Origin: Octopus bimaculoides
Taxonomy: Eukaryota
Direction of reading: 5' to 3'
DNA: 49,621 bases
Assembly: GCF_001194135.2 (NCBI RefSeq)
Contig: NC_068995.1
Location: 17,485,572-17,535,192, forward strand
A program made the position numbers and the translations under genes. The notes beneath the pieces are model-generated. The model worked only from the letters and a program-made list of their open reading frames with translations, was not told the origin of the DNA and ran no database searches. Position 1 is the first letter of the stretch. The number at the start of each line of letters is the position of its first letter. This document shows, piece by piece, positions 11,505 through 22,673 of this stretch.

Positions 11505-12524
11505 TGGGACAGAGATATTAATAGTTAAAGGCCGAGAGGAATAGTTAACAAGTGAGAGACAATGATGTATTGATAGTAGAGAGAATATAAAACTGGAAGA
11601 GAGAGATGGGAAAGGAGAGAAAAATGAAACAATGGTGGAATGGAAAAGATAAGAAGAGAAAATCAGAGCGGGAGATTGTGGAGAGGAACGACAGCTTATG
11701 AATCAATAGATATGGTAGGATAGTTAGGATGGCATCCGATTTAAAAGATAATAAAATATGAGAATTATTGTATAGATGAAGAGTAGGAAAGATTATCTTT
11801 GTTAAAGATAAGATGGATAGAGGATAGGAAGGTGGGGTAAATTACAGCAACGAAATTGCCTAACTCGTCAAGAAATAATCAATTGGGAGAGAATGGGAAA
11901 TTTCAAAAGAACCGCAAATGATATTTTATAAAATGAAACGTCGTTGCCTTTGTATATCTGTCTACTTGTGTATGTGTTCTCTACNNNNNNNNNNNNNNNN
12001 NNNNNNNNNNNNNNNNNNNNNNNNNNNNNNNNNNNNNNNNNNNNNNNNNNNNNNNNNNNNNNNNNNNNNNNNNNNNNNNNNNNNNNNNNNNNNNNNNNNN
12101 NNNNNNNNNNNNNNNNNNNNNNNNNNNNNNATAATAAGTAGATGAATTAGTGTTATTAAATATTTGATTATATTTCATAGCAAATGAGGGAAATGAAGAA
12201 GTTACAGACAATATAAAGATTGGTCGTATTTGTTTCGGAGATGCTTTACTATGATTGCGGATCAAAGAATAAAATATACACGAAATATAAAGCAAAGTAA
12301 GATTTACTGAAGTGTAGAAATCTTTCAACAAATAATGTTAATTTATCACATATAAGACTTATGGATACTACTTGGGTACAAAGGCGACGTTGACACCATG
12401 CATGGAAATATAATTCCCCAAATGTTTTAAAACTCTATATAATATTTTAAGTCCTCAACACATACGCGCACACACACACAGACACTCACATTCATACACA
12501 CACACTCACGCACAAATTTTATTT

Positions 12525-12965
12525 TATCTTTCGTTTGGTTCAATCATTGGACAGCAGGGATACTGGAGCACCACTTTGAAAGGTTTAAATCGACCAAATC
12601 ATCCACAGTACGTATTACTTTTAAGTCCAGTACATATCCTCTCGCTTTTATGCCGAAACTCTATGTTACTACGTCGTTAATATAGCACAACCGGTTGTCA
12701 AGCTGTGGTTAAATAGAATAACAAACAGACATACACAAACACAGACATACACAAACACAGACACAGACACAGACACATACACAGACACACATACAAACAC
12801 ACACGCACACNNNNNNNNNNNNNNNNNNNNNNNNNNNNNNNNNNNNNNNNNNNNNNNNNNNNNNNNNNNNNNNGTAGTAGAAAACATTGCCTAAGGTGTC
12901 CGGCAGTGAGACTGAAACTGGAGCCATATTGTTGGGAAGAAAACGTTTTGTATGGAAACCCACTG
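12525..12965 (-). mobile_element. tRNA-derived SINE family A, near full-length, with internal (CA)-type microsatellite and gap
   Basis: Reverse complement of 12874-12965 matches the family head (ttcccaacaatatggctccagtttcagtctcactgccggacaccttaggcaatgttttctactac). 12525-12720 matches the 3' half (ctggagcacc, tcgacc, ccggttgtcaagc). Confidence 0.75.

Positions 12966-13039
<74 letters not shown>
12966..13039. repeat. (TCTA)n microsatellite
   Basis: Perfect tetranucleotide run. Confidence 0.97.
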
Positions 13040-15001
13040 GTATATATGTGTATGTGTATATATTTGCATATTATAAAACTGACCTCAGTAAGATCTGAAC
13101 GGTTATAAACACAACGAAGCATTTATCAGACGCAACCTAACCTCCATCTCTGTGCCGAGCAATTTGGAACAAATGTTTTCTGCCTTACCTTTGTGCTTGT
13201 GAAGAATTGTGAATTAAATTAATCGGTTGCACGTGTTATGTCAACACACACTCTCACAAGCGCGCACAAATGTACATTTACACATACACTCACACACAAA
13301 CACCATCCCACACATACGCTCGCAGAAACACATACACGTTTGCACGAACATAATTAAAGCCCATTGACTTGTTGTGTGGAGTTTTCATGGCGTGCAACTG
13401 CTTGTTAGCTAAACTGGGTCCCGATTTCACTTCTCTTTAAAAGTGTCTGTACGCTATGCAACCTCAAAGTAAGAGTTCACTGAACTGACCTAAACAAACG
13501 GTATCTGTGCTTTTGTGTGAATGTATATGTGGTGTTGTATGTGCGTGTGTGTCTGTGGGCCATTGTATAGGTAATGATAGTTCAGTCAGACAGTAAAAAC
13601 CTTGCCGTATTTACGTCCATCTGCTATCACGGCAGTACCCATATTTAAATTCTTATCTTCCCTGAAAAATTAACCAAGAACGATATAAACAGTGGTTCAA
13701 TATAATCGAACAGCAATAAGCATGCCTTCAGTCCAATCACTGAAAGTAGTCAAACAAAATAAAGCACATGGTAGTTATTCTAGCAGAGCCACCTCTGTTC
13801 TCTCTATTCTATTCTCTCTCATTTTAATACACGGTCTCTGTATTTCTATTGTTTTTTCATTCTAATTTTTATCTCTTTTTTTACAGCTCTATCTGATTCT
13901 TATGATGTCTTTCCCTCTACTGTGTTTTACCTTTTCCACTGATCTCTTTCTCTCTCCATCTCTCTCTCCACCTCTCTCCTTGTCTCTCTCTCTGTGTTTG
14001 TCTCCTTATCACCATGTGCTTTGCTCTTTCTCTTCAAACTTCGCCTTTAAGACTAAATCTCGATATTTCACGTTAATAAAATACTGATCTGTTTTGCAAT
14101 AATCCTGCTGATTATAGCAATATATTTTATACACAGTGTTAAGCAATTCGGCACCAGATCGATTGGCCAAGAAAGTGTCTACAAGTCCTTCGAATATTAG
14201 TGCGACATTCTAACAGCTTCATTTAAAACATAGTTTCTACTATACGTTGCTAGTTAGGCCTAGAGTGAATATCCATTATCAAAGGCTGAGACACGTTGAT
14301 CATCAACGTACTATTCGGACACCATGTTAAGTATACTATGTTTGTAAAGTTCATAGTGCTTTAGTATGAAAGTAGGGTCTAATTGCAAGGAGAATAGAAT
14401 GGTTGTAATATCTAGGAAGATTAAAGAATACGTAGTGGATCTACCGTTGATTCGTATTCTATTACATTCAGGTATTCACAGCTGCTCCAGTTTTATCTTG
14501 TATTTTCTACAAAAATGTGGATATTTATTAAAAGAAAGATGTCTTATAGTCATGTAGAACACGTTCAATTGCAGTGCATTTTAACTTGAGCCAACTGATA
14601 AACAAAAAGGAGATTTTTTAGGGTGTGACTGAATTTAAGTAACCGGAAACTGCAGAAGGCGTTCGACGTGCATTTCAGAAGTTTTGAGACTTTTTCAGGA
14701 GAGACAGTTAGAATTTGAAAGAAGTATAAAACCCTAATCTACTTCCAAGTAGGATCCTTTGAATTTAATGCGTCTATTGGCGCACTCCAACTACTACGTG
14801 AAGACCCTAATGAATGTATCCAAATTGTTGATATCCAGAACACCTTGTCACAGCCTCCTGCATCATCTTAAGGTTTTCCTACAAATTGGAGGACAGACGA
14901 CACCGGGAGCAAGGTCCGAGCTGTAGAGAGGGTGAATGACAGATTCAACGTCGAATGGTTCGTAACCATACTGGAATTGTGGAATGGCGTACAAACGCGT
15001 G

Positions 15002-15035
15002 CACACACACACACACATATTTACACAGATGTATG

Positions 15036-15066
<31 letters not shown>

Positions 15067-15085
15067 NNNNNNNNNNNNNNNNNNN

Positions 15086-15133
<48 letters not shown>

Positions 15134-15175
15134 TGTGTGTGTGTGTATGTGTGTATGTGTGTGTTTGTGTATGTA
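15002..15175. repeat. (CA)/(TA)/(TG) compound microsatellite spanning a gap
   Basis: Directly visible. Confidence 0.95.
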
Positions 15176-15194
15176 TAGGGACATATGTATAGCC

Positions 15195-15308
15195 GTACCT
15201 GTGTTCTAAGTCAACCGATGTTGGTGTGTTTACGCCCCCGTCACTTAGCGGTTCGGCAAAGGTGGTGCTCCAGCATGGAGTCAAATGACTGAAACAAGTA
15301 AAAGAGTA
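15195..15308 (+). mobile_element. SINE family A, 3' half with internal deletion
   Basis: 'caaccgatgttggtgtgtttacgcccccgtcacttagcggttcggcaaaggtggtgctccagcatggagtcaaatgactgaaacaagtaaaagag' aligns with the 3' half of 16563-16911. Confidence 0.85.
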
Positions 15309-15358
15309 TATATCATATATGTGTATATATGTATATATATATTTGTATGTATGTGTAT

Positions 15359-15395
<37 letters not shown>

Positions 15396-16188
15396 CATAT
15401 ATATATATGTACACATACATATAAAACACACACACTCACACACACACACTCAAAAACTCACACACACACACTCACACACACATACACACACATATGTATA
15501 ACTGCATAGAATCGTTTTCTGATCACGAAGTACAACACTCTGAATGCCCGGCAATGTCTAGCACTTAAATTTCTCACACACTTGATAGTTTTCAAATTTT
15601 AAATATCCTTACAATGCTAACTATTAACCACATTTTCCTTTAGAACCACTGCAACACAGGCCGCACAGTAAAACAAATATTCCCACGCATATGCATATCG
15701 CACAGCCCGACACACACTCATTCACCTCCAAGAGCATATATAGAATGGTTGATACACGGACACGTTTCTCAGTCTATTCAATTTTTCAATTAGATCTCTA
15801 GAGTTCTTTCCAACTACATCCACTCTTGTGTATTAAATGTATTAATTTAGTGAGTGGATCTGAATAAATATTTGAAATAATTGACAGAAAAGATGAAATC
15901 CTATTGAAATTTTGGAGGACAACATCCTTTCTTGGGAACACGTATGTCTGCTTGAACGTAATGCAATTAGTTGAGATAGTTGTCGATAGAAAAAGTAACT
16001 GCTACGTTCTGGTGTCCCTATATCCACTAATACTGACGTTTTGGAAAAATAAATCTAAGAATCTAAAAATAAAAATAAATCTAAGAATTCTAAATAGACA
16101 CACACCACAGAAACACACACACACACGCACACACACACATGCATCACACATAATCACGCACACATTTTTATGAAGATACACAGTCATA

Positions 16189-16235
<47 letters not shown>

Positions 16236-16562
16236 NNNNNNNNNNNNNNNNNNNNNNNNNNNNNNNNNNNNNNNNNNNNNNNNNNNNNNNNNNNNNNNNN
16301 NNNNNNNNNNNNNNNNNNNNNNNNNNNNNNNNNNNNNNNNNNNNNNNNNNNNNNNNNNNNNNNNNNNNNNNNNNNNNNNNNNNNNNNNNNNNNNNNNNNN
16401 NNNNNNNNNNNNNNNNNNNNNNNNNNNNNNNNNNNNNNNNNNNNNNNNNNNNNNNNNNNNNNNNNNNNNNNNNNNNNNNNNNNNNNNNNNNNNNNNNNNN
16501 NNNNNNNNNNNNNNNNNNNNTACAATATAATATTATATATTATATTATATACATATGATATA

Positions 16563-16911
16563 GGCGCAGTAGTGGCTGTGTGGCAAGTAGCTTCCCTACC
16601 AACTACATGGTTCCGGGTCCAGTTCTATTGCGTGGATCCTTGGAAAAGTTTCCTCTACTAAAGCCTCCTGTCGATCAAACCTTTTGAGTGGATTTAGTAG
16701 ACGGAAACTGTTTGCTTGTCTGTGCTTGTCCCCACCCATCACCTGACTACTGATGTTGGAGCGTAGCGGTTTGGCAAAACAAACTGATAGAATAAGTACT
16801 AGTCTTACAAAGAATATGTCCTGGGGTCGAATTGTTCGACTAAAGTTGGGGTTCCAGCATGACCGCAGTCAAATTACTGAAACAAATAAAAGAATGAAAG
16901 AATAAAAGAAT
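16563..16911 (+). mobile_element. tRNA-derived SINE family A, full-length copy
   Basis: A-box-like TGGCTGTGTGG (16573-16583), B-box-like GGGTCCAGTTC (~16615-16625), a CORE-like central motif and an (AAAGAAT)n tail. Four partial copies occur elsewhere in the window. Confidence 0.9.
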
Positions 16912-19639
16912 ATGTATATAAAGAGAGAGAGAGAGAGAGAAAACGCGAGAGTGCGTCAAATGTGAGGAAGAAATATTGCTAAATTCTTGCACAATTAATT
17001 TCAACATTTTTGGAAGCAAAACGGATTCTATCGGTACTGCGAATTTGTAACACACACGTTTCTGTATGTGATATACATGCAGCTAAGCATGTATATCTAT
17101 GTATGAGCTAATGCATAATTTATATATTGGAGTAACAATAACGCACTTATAATAGAAATACATATGTATGCGTTTAATTGTTTGTACACGTACATGCTTG
17201 TGATAATTCTCTTTCTCTCTCTCTTCCTCTCTCTCTATCACACACACATGTATATTAGTATGCATATAAAAGATATATATAATAAGATTCGTATATAATA
17301 TATGTATATTCTCATATACACCTTTGAGGTGTTTCAGGCACATATGAACGTACACCGAGAGATGATCACTTCTTACACGTTTGCCAGTTTGTAAACGAGC
17401 TTTTTTTTTTTCTCAATATTCTGTGATTTATTCTCTATCATTTGGATTGCTTAATTTTCTTTGTTATGTGTCATTCTTTTATCGTCTGCATTCTTTTGCT
17501 CCAAGTTTTCACTTACCTCATTCTCTTCACTGAATATGCTTTTGCTATACACAACATGTACTTTCCACTGCAAAGAAGCCATTTTTTTTGTTTTCTTTTA
17601 AACAACTAATATATCTCTATTTGCATCGACACATGCCATTCCTTGTTTTTAATCCTACTGCTTTGTTTTCAAGTGAGGAGGGGGTTCTTTTTCGTTGCTT
17701 GTATTGTTATTGCTATTCTTTTGAATGTCTTTTTTGCTAGCTATATGTATATTTCATTTGGAATGCCACAATCAAAGCACGATTGATAATTTCATTCTTA
17801 ACTACAGCTTTACAACATTTTCATTCCTTTCCAGTATGTTTTTCTTTTTCTGATAATATATGTATTGTGTATTGTGTGTCCCTTCTTTTAATTATCACTT
17901 TCCTTTTGTAGGCGGGTTTATTTCCCAAAATACATGATTTACATTTTAAAATTTACCTTCCTTATTTTAAGTCACTTCACGTATATTTCTCCAGATACAT
18001 TGATATCCATAATACTAAATTCATTATTCGATATTGAGTTACTTTCTACTTTCCCTATATGACTTTTTATATCCACATCAACTTTTCATTCTTTATTTTC
18101 CTTCAAAGAAACTCTCACAAATTTAAACACTTTAGTTTTGTAATATATCAATTGGTATGAGGATTCCATTGCCTACATGTGTTTTGTTTTTACGCTATTC
18201 ACTTTCAGCCACCAAAAATATATCATTCACTCAATATCATTATACATTAGCATTAATCATGTAACATATCGCTTCTGGTGCACATTTTCATTACGAGCTT
18301 GATAGAAGAGAGTTTATTTGTATCCTGGACAATTTTCAGAGATAGCACGACTACTATGATATCATATATTGTATTATGACCAAATATCACTATTTTAGTA
18401 TTTTATTTTCATGTAGAACAAATTCGTATATCTAGACAAATCGCTCCTCCTTATCTGCGACGAATCAAATGATTTCAGACGAACTAATTACTTGAAACTC
18501 TGTATCGAATTTAAAAAAAAAAAAAAATCAGTTTTGCTATTCAATGTTTACAACGAAAATCTACATCGAAAAAATGCACTTTAGTCATTTAATGTTTACA
18601 ATGGATATAGCATGGAAAGAACTGTATCTAAACTATATTGTATATATTTACAACTAAAGAGACACAGCAATTCGGGAATTATTTTGATACCTAAACAGAA
18701 CACGATTTTATTGATGGGATACGAAACCATTCATTTTCTATCACTTGCTTATAGTCTTGCGCACCCGGCACACTGTATTTCATAATCACAAACCGATTCT
18801 AATATAAATATTTACACAATAATCTGAAGAACAAAAATAGATAGATAAATAAGCAAATAAAAATCGTAAGGGGAAAAGGAAAAGTATCTGTGATTTGTGC
18901 CTCGGACCGTTTACAAGATAGTGAAGAAAGTTTATGTGGGAAAATAATCTGGTTGCTAGTGTATAATATCCAATTTAACAATGAGTGTAGGAATTAGGAA
19001 TACAACAATGTAGTATTTTTGTAAAGAAGAAGTACTATTGTCATTAGGTACAAGCGTATGAGCACAGAGAATCTATTTATGATCATAAGTTCTTTTCCTT
19101 GTGCGAAAGGAACCAACGCATTCATCACTAATCGATGAGAGAAATAATAGTTAGTCACCCTGAGGAGATTTTGAATAGAGCACTTACAGATAACGCCAGA
19201 GAAATGCATACAAACATGGAGGCAAGCAGTGGAAGGGAGACAACCGTTCGAATTCCTAACGTAACTCGACTTGAAACAGTAAACGCTTAACAAAATAACA
19301 CTATGACTCGAAACTACAGCCGAAATGTAAACACATGTAGATCTGTAAATAGACAAACAGGGTTAGTATCGATAAAATTCTTTGTAGTTGTAGGGGGAAT
19401 AAAATTTGCCACTAAACATTCAATGTCTGTGGGAAAATAGAGTACAGGGGGAATTTCGCACCTTCATATTGGAACATCTCGACAAATTTCAAGGCGAGAC
19501 TAGCAAATCATTTAGCTTCAATTAAGAATAAAAGGAAGTGCATAGCATGAGCTTTAGTCTATTGTGTGTTTATCTGGTCCCTTAAGAAGATAATTATTTA
19601 CTTCAATATAGAATGAGAAATGATAGGCGTAGCAGTACC

Positions 19640-20070
19640 TTACGCAATCGGGGTGGGGATATAATTCATCCACAGCAGAGATATTTCAAATATTCCATAT
19701 TTTCTCGTCTAAACAACAATTGCTATATAGGAGGAGGAACAAGCCCTTACGTGTCCTCAACTTTACAGATGTGCATTCGAATACTTCTACAGAAAGGGTT
19801 TTTAATGAAGCAAGCACCATGGAAATAGAAGGTACCTCAGTTTACATGATAAATTTTAGTGTGAAATCAAGTTTGCCTGTGTCAAGTAATAATCAGTATT
19901 CTCCATGGCTAAAACTATATATTTGAATATTTTGCAATACTTATAGGACGACGAAAGTACACATTCTTTGCACTCCAACACAACAAACATCCACCCAATA
20001 TAATGCTTGGTAAACGTACATACTCTTAGTGGATGGACTATGTATAACATTTCGAAAACAACAAATACCC
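19640..20070 (+). mobile_element. Heavily decayed CR1/L2-type LINE RT C-terminal fragment
   Basis: IFSSK...NKPLRVLNF, VKSSL...YSPWLKLYI and RTTKV resemble KAxRxLGF / VRPxLEYxSxVWSPWLKKDI / RATKxV. Confidence 0.45.
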
Positions 20071-20359
20071 AGTTGAAGTAACTGGGTGCAGATGCAAATA
20101 CAAGATGTCCATGCAATAGAAAGTGCTTCGGACACATTTAAATCAAATATAATGTACAATTGACTGTAGAAATAGAGAATATGCAGATGTGCTCATCTCC
20201 GCCTTCATTGTATTGTTCTTGAATATACAATCGGCAAAATATTTATAATCCAGTGAAGCTAATCCAGGATTTACACATTCGATGAAATACACTGTAACAC
20301 GATGAAATACACTGTAACTGCTTACTTCAAGTAATCCTAGTACTTCTTTACCGCTCATT

Positions 20360-20492
20360 GTTATTCGACATAATCTGGATTATAACTGAGTGCCCGAACG
20401 GTATACCTAGGATTCTATTTCCTTATATATATATATAAGGAAATAGAATCCTGGGTTTACCGTCGAGTATGCTAAAACTATGGGAATTAGTC
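20360..20492. repeat. Foldback inverted repeat with perfect 44-bp palindromic centre (20409-20452)
   Basis: AGGATTCTATTTCCTT-(AT)6-AAGGAAATAGAATCCT is a perfect palindrome. Imperfect pairing continues ~45 bp further out on each side. Confidence 0.9.
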
Positions 20493-21509
20493 GAATATAC
20501 TGTATCTGTAAGTGGAAATGACCAGCCATGTCACTCACAGTGTCACCCACGTTTATCCATAAACTTAGGCGAATCGCTAGAACATCCTGGAAATTTCTTC
20601 CCATAACGCATTAATTCCTGAGTGACAGTTCATTGGTGAAAGCAATGTAGAAAGCGAAAGAGAGAGAGGGGGAGATAGAAAAGAAGAGAGAGAGACTGGT
20701 GTTATATTTGTACGAGTAGTAGCTATTGTTTGACTACTAGCCCATCTATTGAGTTCTAATTGAAAGGATGCTGGAGGGTTATAGAACAATGTATTACCTC
20801 CTGCTCAGTATTCATATCACCTTTTATCATCTTCATTTGTACTAAAACATTATATGTACGATGTGATATAGCAAACACTAAACGTTTCGGCTTTAACACA
20901 CTAAATGCTCATGCAAACATGAAACTCTAAATCATGACTGTTAGTTACTATTGTTGCTGCGGACGCATGAACGGTAAATTATTCCTCTGGTACTTCATCT
21001 TAAAATGTAGAGATAAATCTAAATAGAGCAAGGTGTGTTACAGGTTCACCACAGATTCTTATTTCTTTATTGTCCACAAAGGCAATAAAGCCACAGATTC
21101 TGCCATACATCATCCTTCTGAAGATATAATTAATCAAAACAAGTATTATTTGTTTTTTTTTATTTATGCTAGACATCTATGTCAGAATAAGATTTCATTC
21201 TTATAACTAACTATATGAAATCCTATTATCTCCAACATTGTAGCTTAAATTTGATGCTACTCGAACTGGAGTCTTTGTATATACAGTTTTATACACAATT
21301 ACTTAGTTCAATATTTCGTATAGAATACGAGTCACAAATTAGATTAAATAGAAATTATTAATTTCAGATTGACATCCCTTCAAATTTCGAAATTTTCTAA
21401 CATGATATATATGCAGCTCCCCACATATGCAAACGATAAGACATAAATTTGTTGGATGAAGAAGACGTTCAAATAATGGCTTTAAATAAATAAAATATAT
21501 GAGTTCAAA

Positions 21510-21644
21510 TTTGTGTACAAGGCCGACAATTTTGGGGGAAGGGGCTAGTCAATTACACCGACCCCATTGATTGACTGGTTTTTATTTATTGACCCCGATA
21601 GGTTAAAAGGCAAAGTCAATCACGGCGAAATTTGAACACAGAAC
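21510..21644 (-). mobile_element. SINE family B (Meta-like core), head-truncated
   Basis: 'gaccccgataggttaaaaggcaaagtcaatcacggcgaaatttgaacacagaac' aligns with 22492-22673. The Meta-domain label is from memory. Confidence 0.8.
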
Positions 21645-21653
21645 CCCAACATG

Positions 21654-21654
21654 A

Positions 21655-21685
<31 letters not shown>

Positions 21686-21704
21686 ATAATAATAATAATA
21701 ATAA

Positions 21705-21737
<33 letters not shown>

Positions 21738-21741
21738 GAAG
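21654..21741. repeat. (CTA)n(TAA)n(GAA)n compound trinucleotide microsatellite
   Basis: Directly visible. A further (GAA)n run lies at 21969-22010. Confidence 0.97.
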
Positions 21742-21849
21742 TACCGAGTAGAACTGTTACAAAAGGTTTGCCTCCTTGGCACAGCCAGAATAATCCGGAA
21801 CGTATTAGACAGCTGAAACGAACAAATAGCATGGTAACGTAGGCTGCAG
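21742..21849 (+). mobile_element. Extreme 3' end of a second RLE-type (R4/Dong-like) LINE
   Basis: 21745-21816 translates RVELLQKVCLLGTARIIRNVLDS*, the LQKxxLLGTAxIxRxVL terminus of RLE non-LTR ORFs. A short 3' UTR runs into the gap. Confidence 0.75.
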
Positions 21850-22179
21850 NNNNNNNNNNNNNNNNNNNNNNNNNNNNNNNNNNNNNNNNNNNNNNNNNNN
21901 NNNNNNNNNNNNNNNNNNNNNNNNNNNNNNNNNNNNNNNNNNNNNNNNNNNNNNNNNNNNNNNNNNNNAAGAAGAAGAAGAAGAAGAAGAAGAAGAAGAA
22001 GAAGAAGAAGCTTCTGCGCTGAATAACAACATGGATGTGCTACACCGGGCTCCCCATTCAAAAACAAATCTAATCCAATAACATCGATGGAATTAGATAA
22101 AGGAACCTGTGGAAGATTTGAAGGAAGGGTTTTTTTTTACGAAAATAATAATTAAAAAAAGAAAAACGAAATTTTACTG

Positions 22180-22490
22180 CCATAGAACACGCAGTTTCTC
22201 CTATGGTGTGTTCGGGGTGCTGGTCGTCTTTAGTACTTAAGCCGATTTACAATGCATCTAGGCTACCCGTTGGTTTTCAATATATCTAGGAAGATTGTAG
22301 AGTGGGTCACCTTGCCCTCTGTCCTGCTGCACTTTCTCTGGATGCGTGCAAGTTCATTTCTGGCGTAACCTATTTTGGCACCGAGTGGAAGTGCTAAATT
22401 GTACTGGAGAAAGATATCCCTACTGGCTGCTTTCCAGTAGAACTCGGTATGGATCTCCCCTTTTTCCATTATAATAATCCTTTTATAATA
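22180..22490 (-). mobile_element. Penelope-like element RT thumb fragment
   Basis: GEIHTEFYWKAASRDIFLQYNLALPLGAKIGYARNELARIQRKCS...FLDILKTNG*P matches the PLE pattern TxxYxKxxxxDxYLxxxSxxP...K...CS...LxxNGYP. It is truncated at a SINE. Confidence 0.7.
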
Positions 22491-22491
22491 G

Positions 22492-22673
22492 ACACGAGGT
22501 CTGAAATTTGGAGGAGGGGACCCCACCGTTCCACTGGTACTTATTTCATCGACCACGAAAAGATGAAAGGTAAAGTCTATCCAGGCGGATTTTGAATTCA
22601 GAATGTAGCGACGGGCGAAATACTACTAAGAATTTCGTACATCGTGCTAACAATTATGCCAGATCGCGTCCTT
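22492..22673 (-). mobile_element. SINE family B, near full-length
   Basis: Minus-strand head 'aggacgcgatctggcataattgttagcacg' (A box) and 'ctgaattcaaaatcc' (B box), followed by core 'cctttcatcttttcgtggtcgatgaaataagtaccag'. Confidence 0.85.

Noticed and set aside
19135-19290. 51-aa ORF MREIIVSHPEEILNRALTDNARE...RLETVNA
   Set aside because: The composition is protein-like, but there is no pyrimidine-rich acceptor, no recognisable homology, and the length is within chance expectation.
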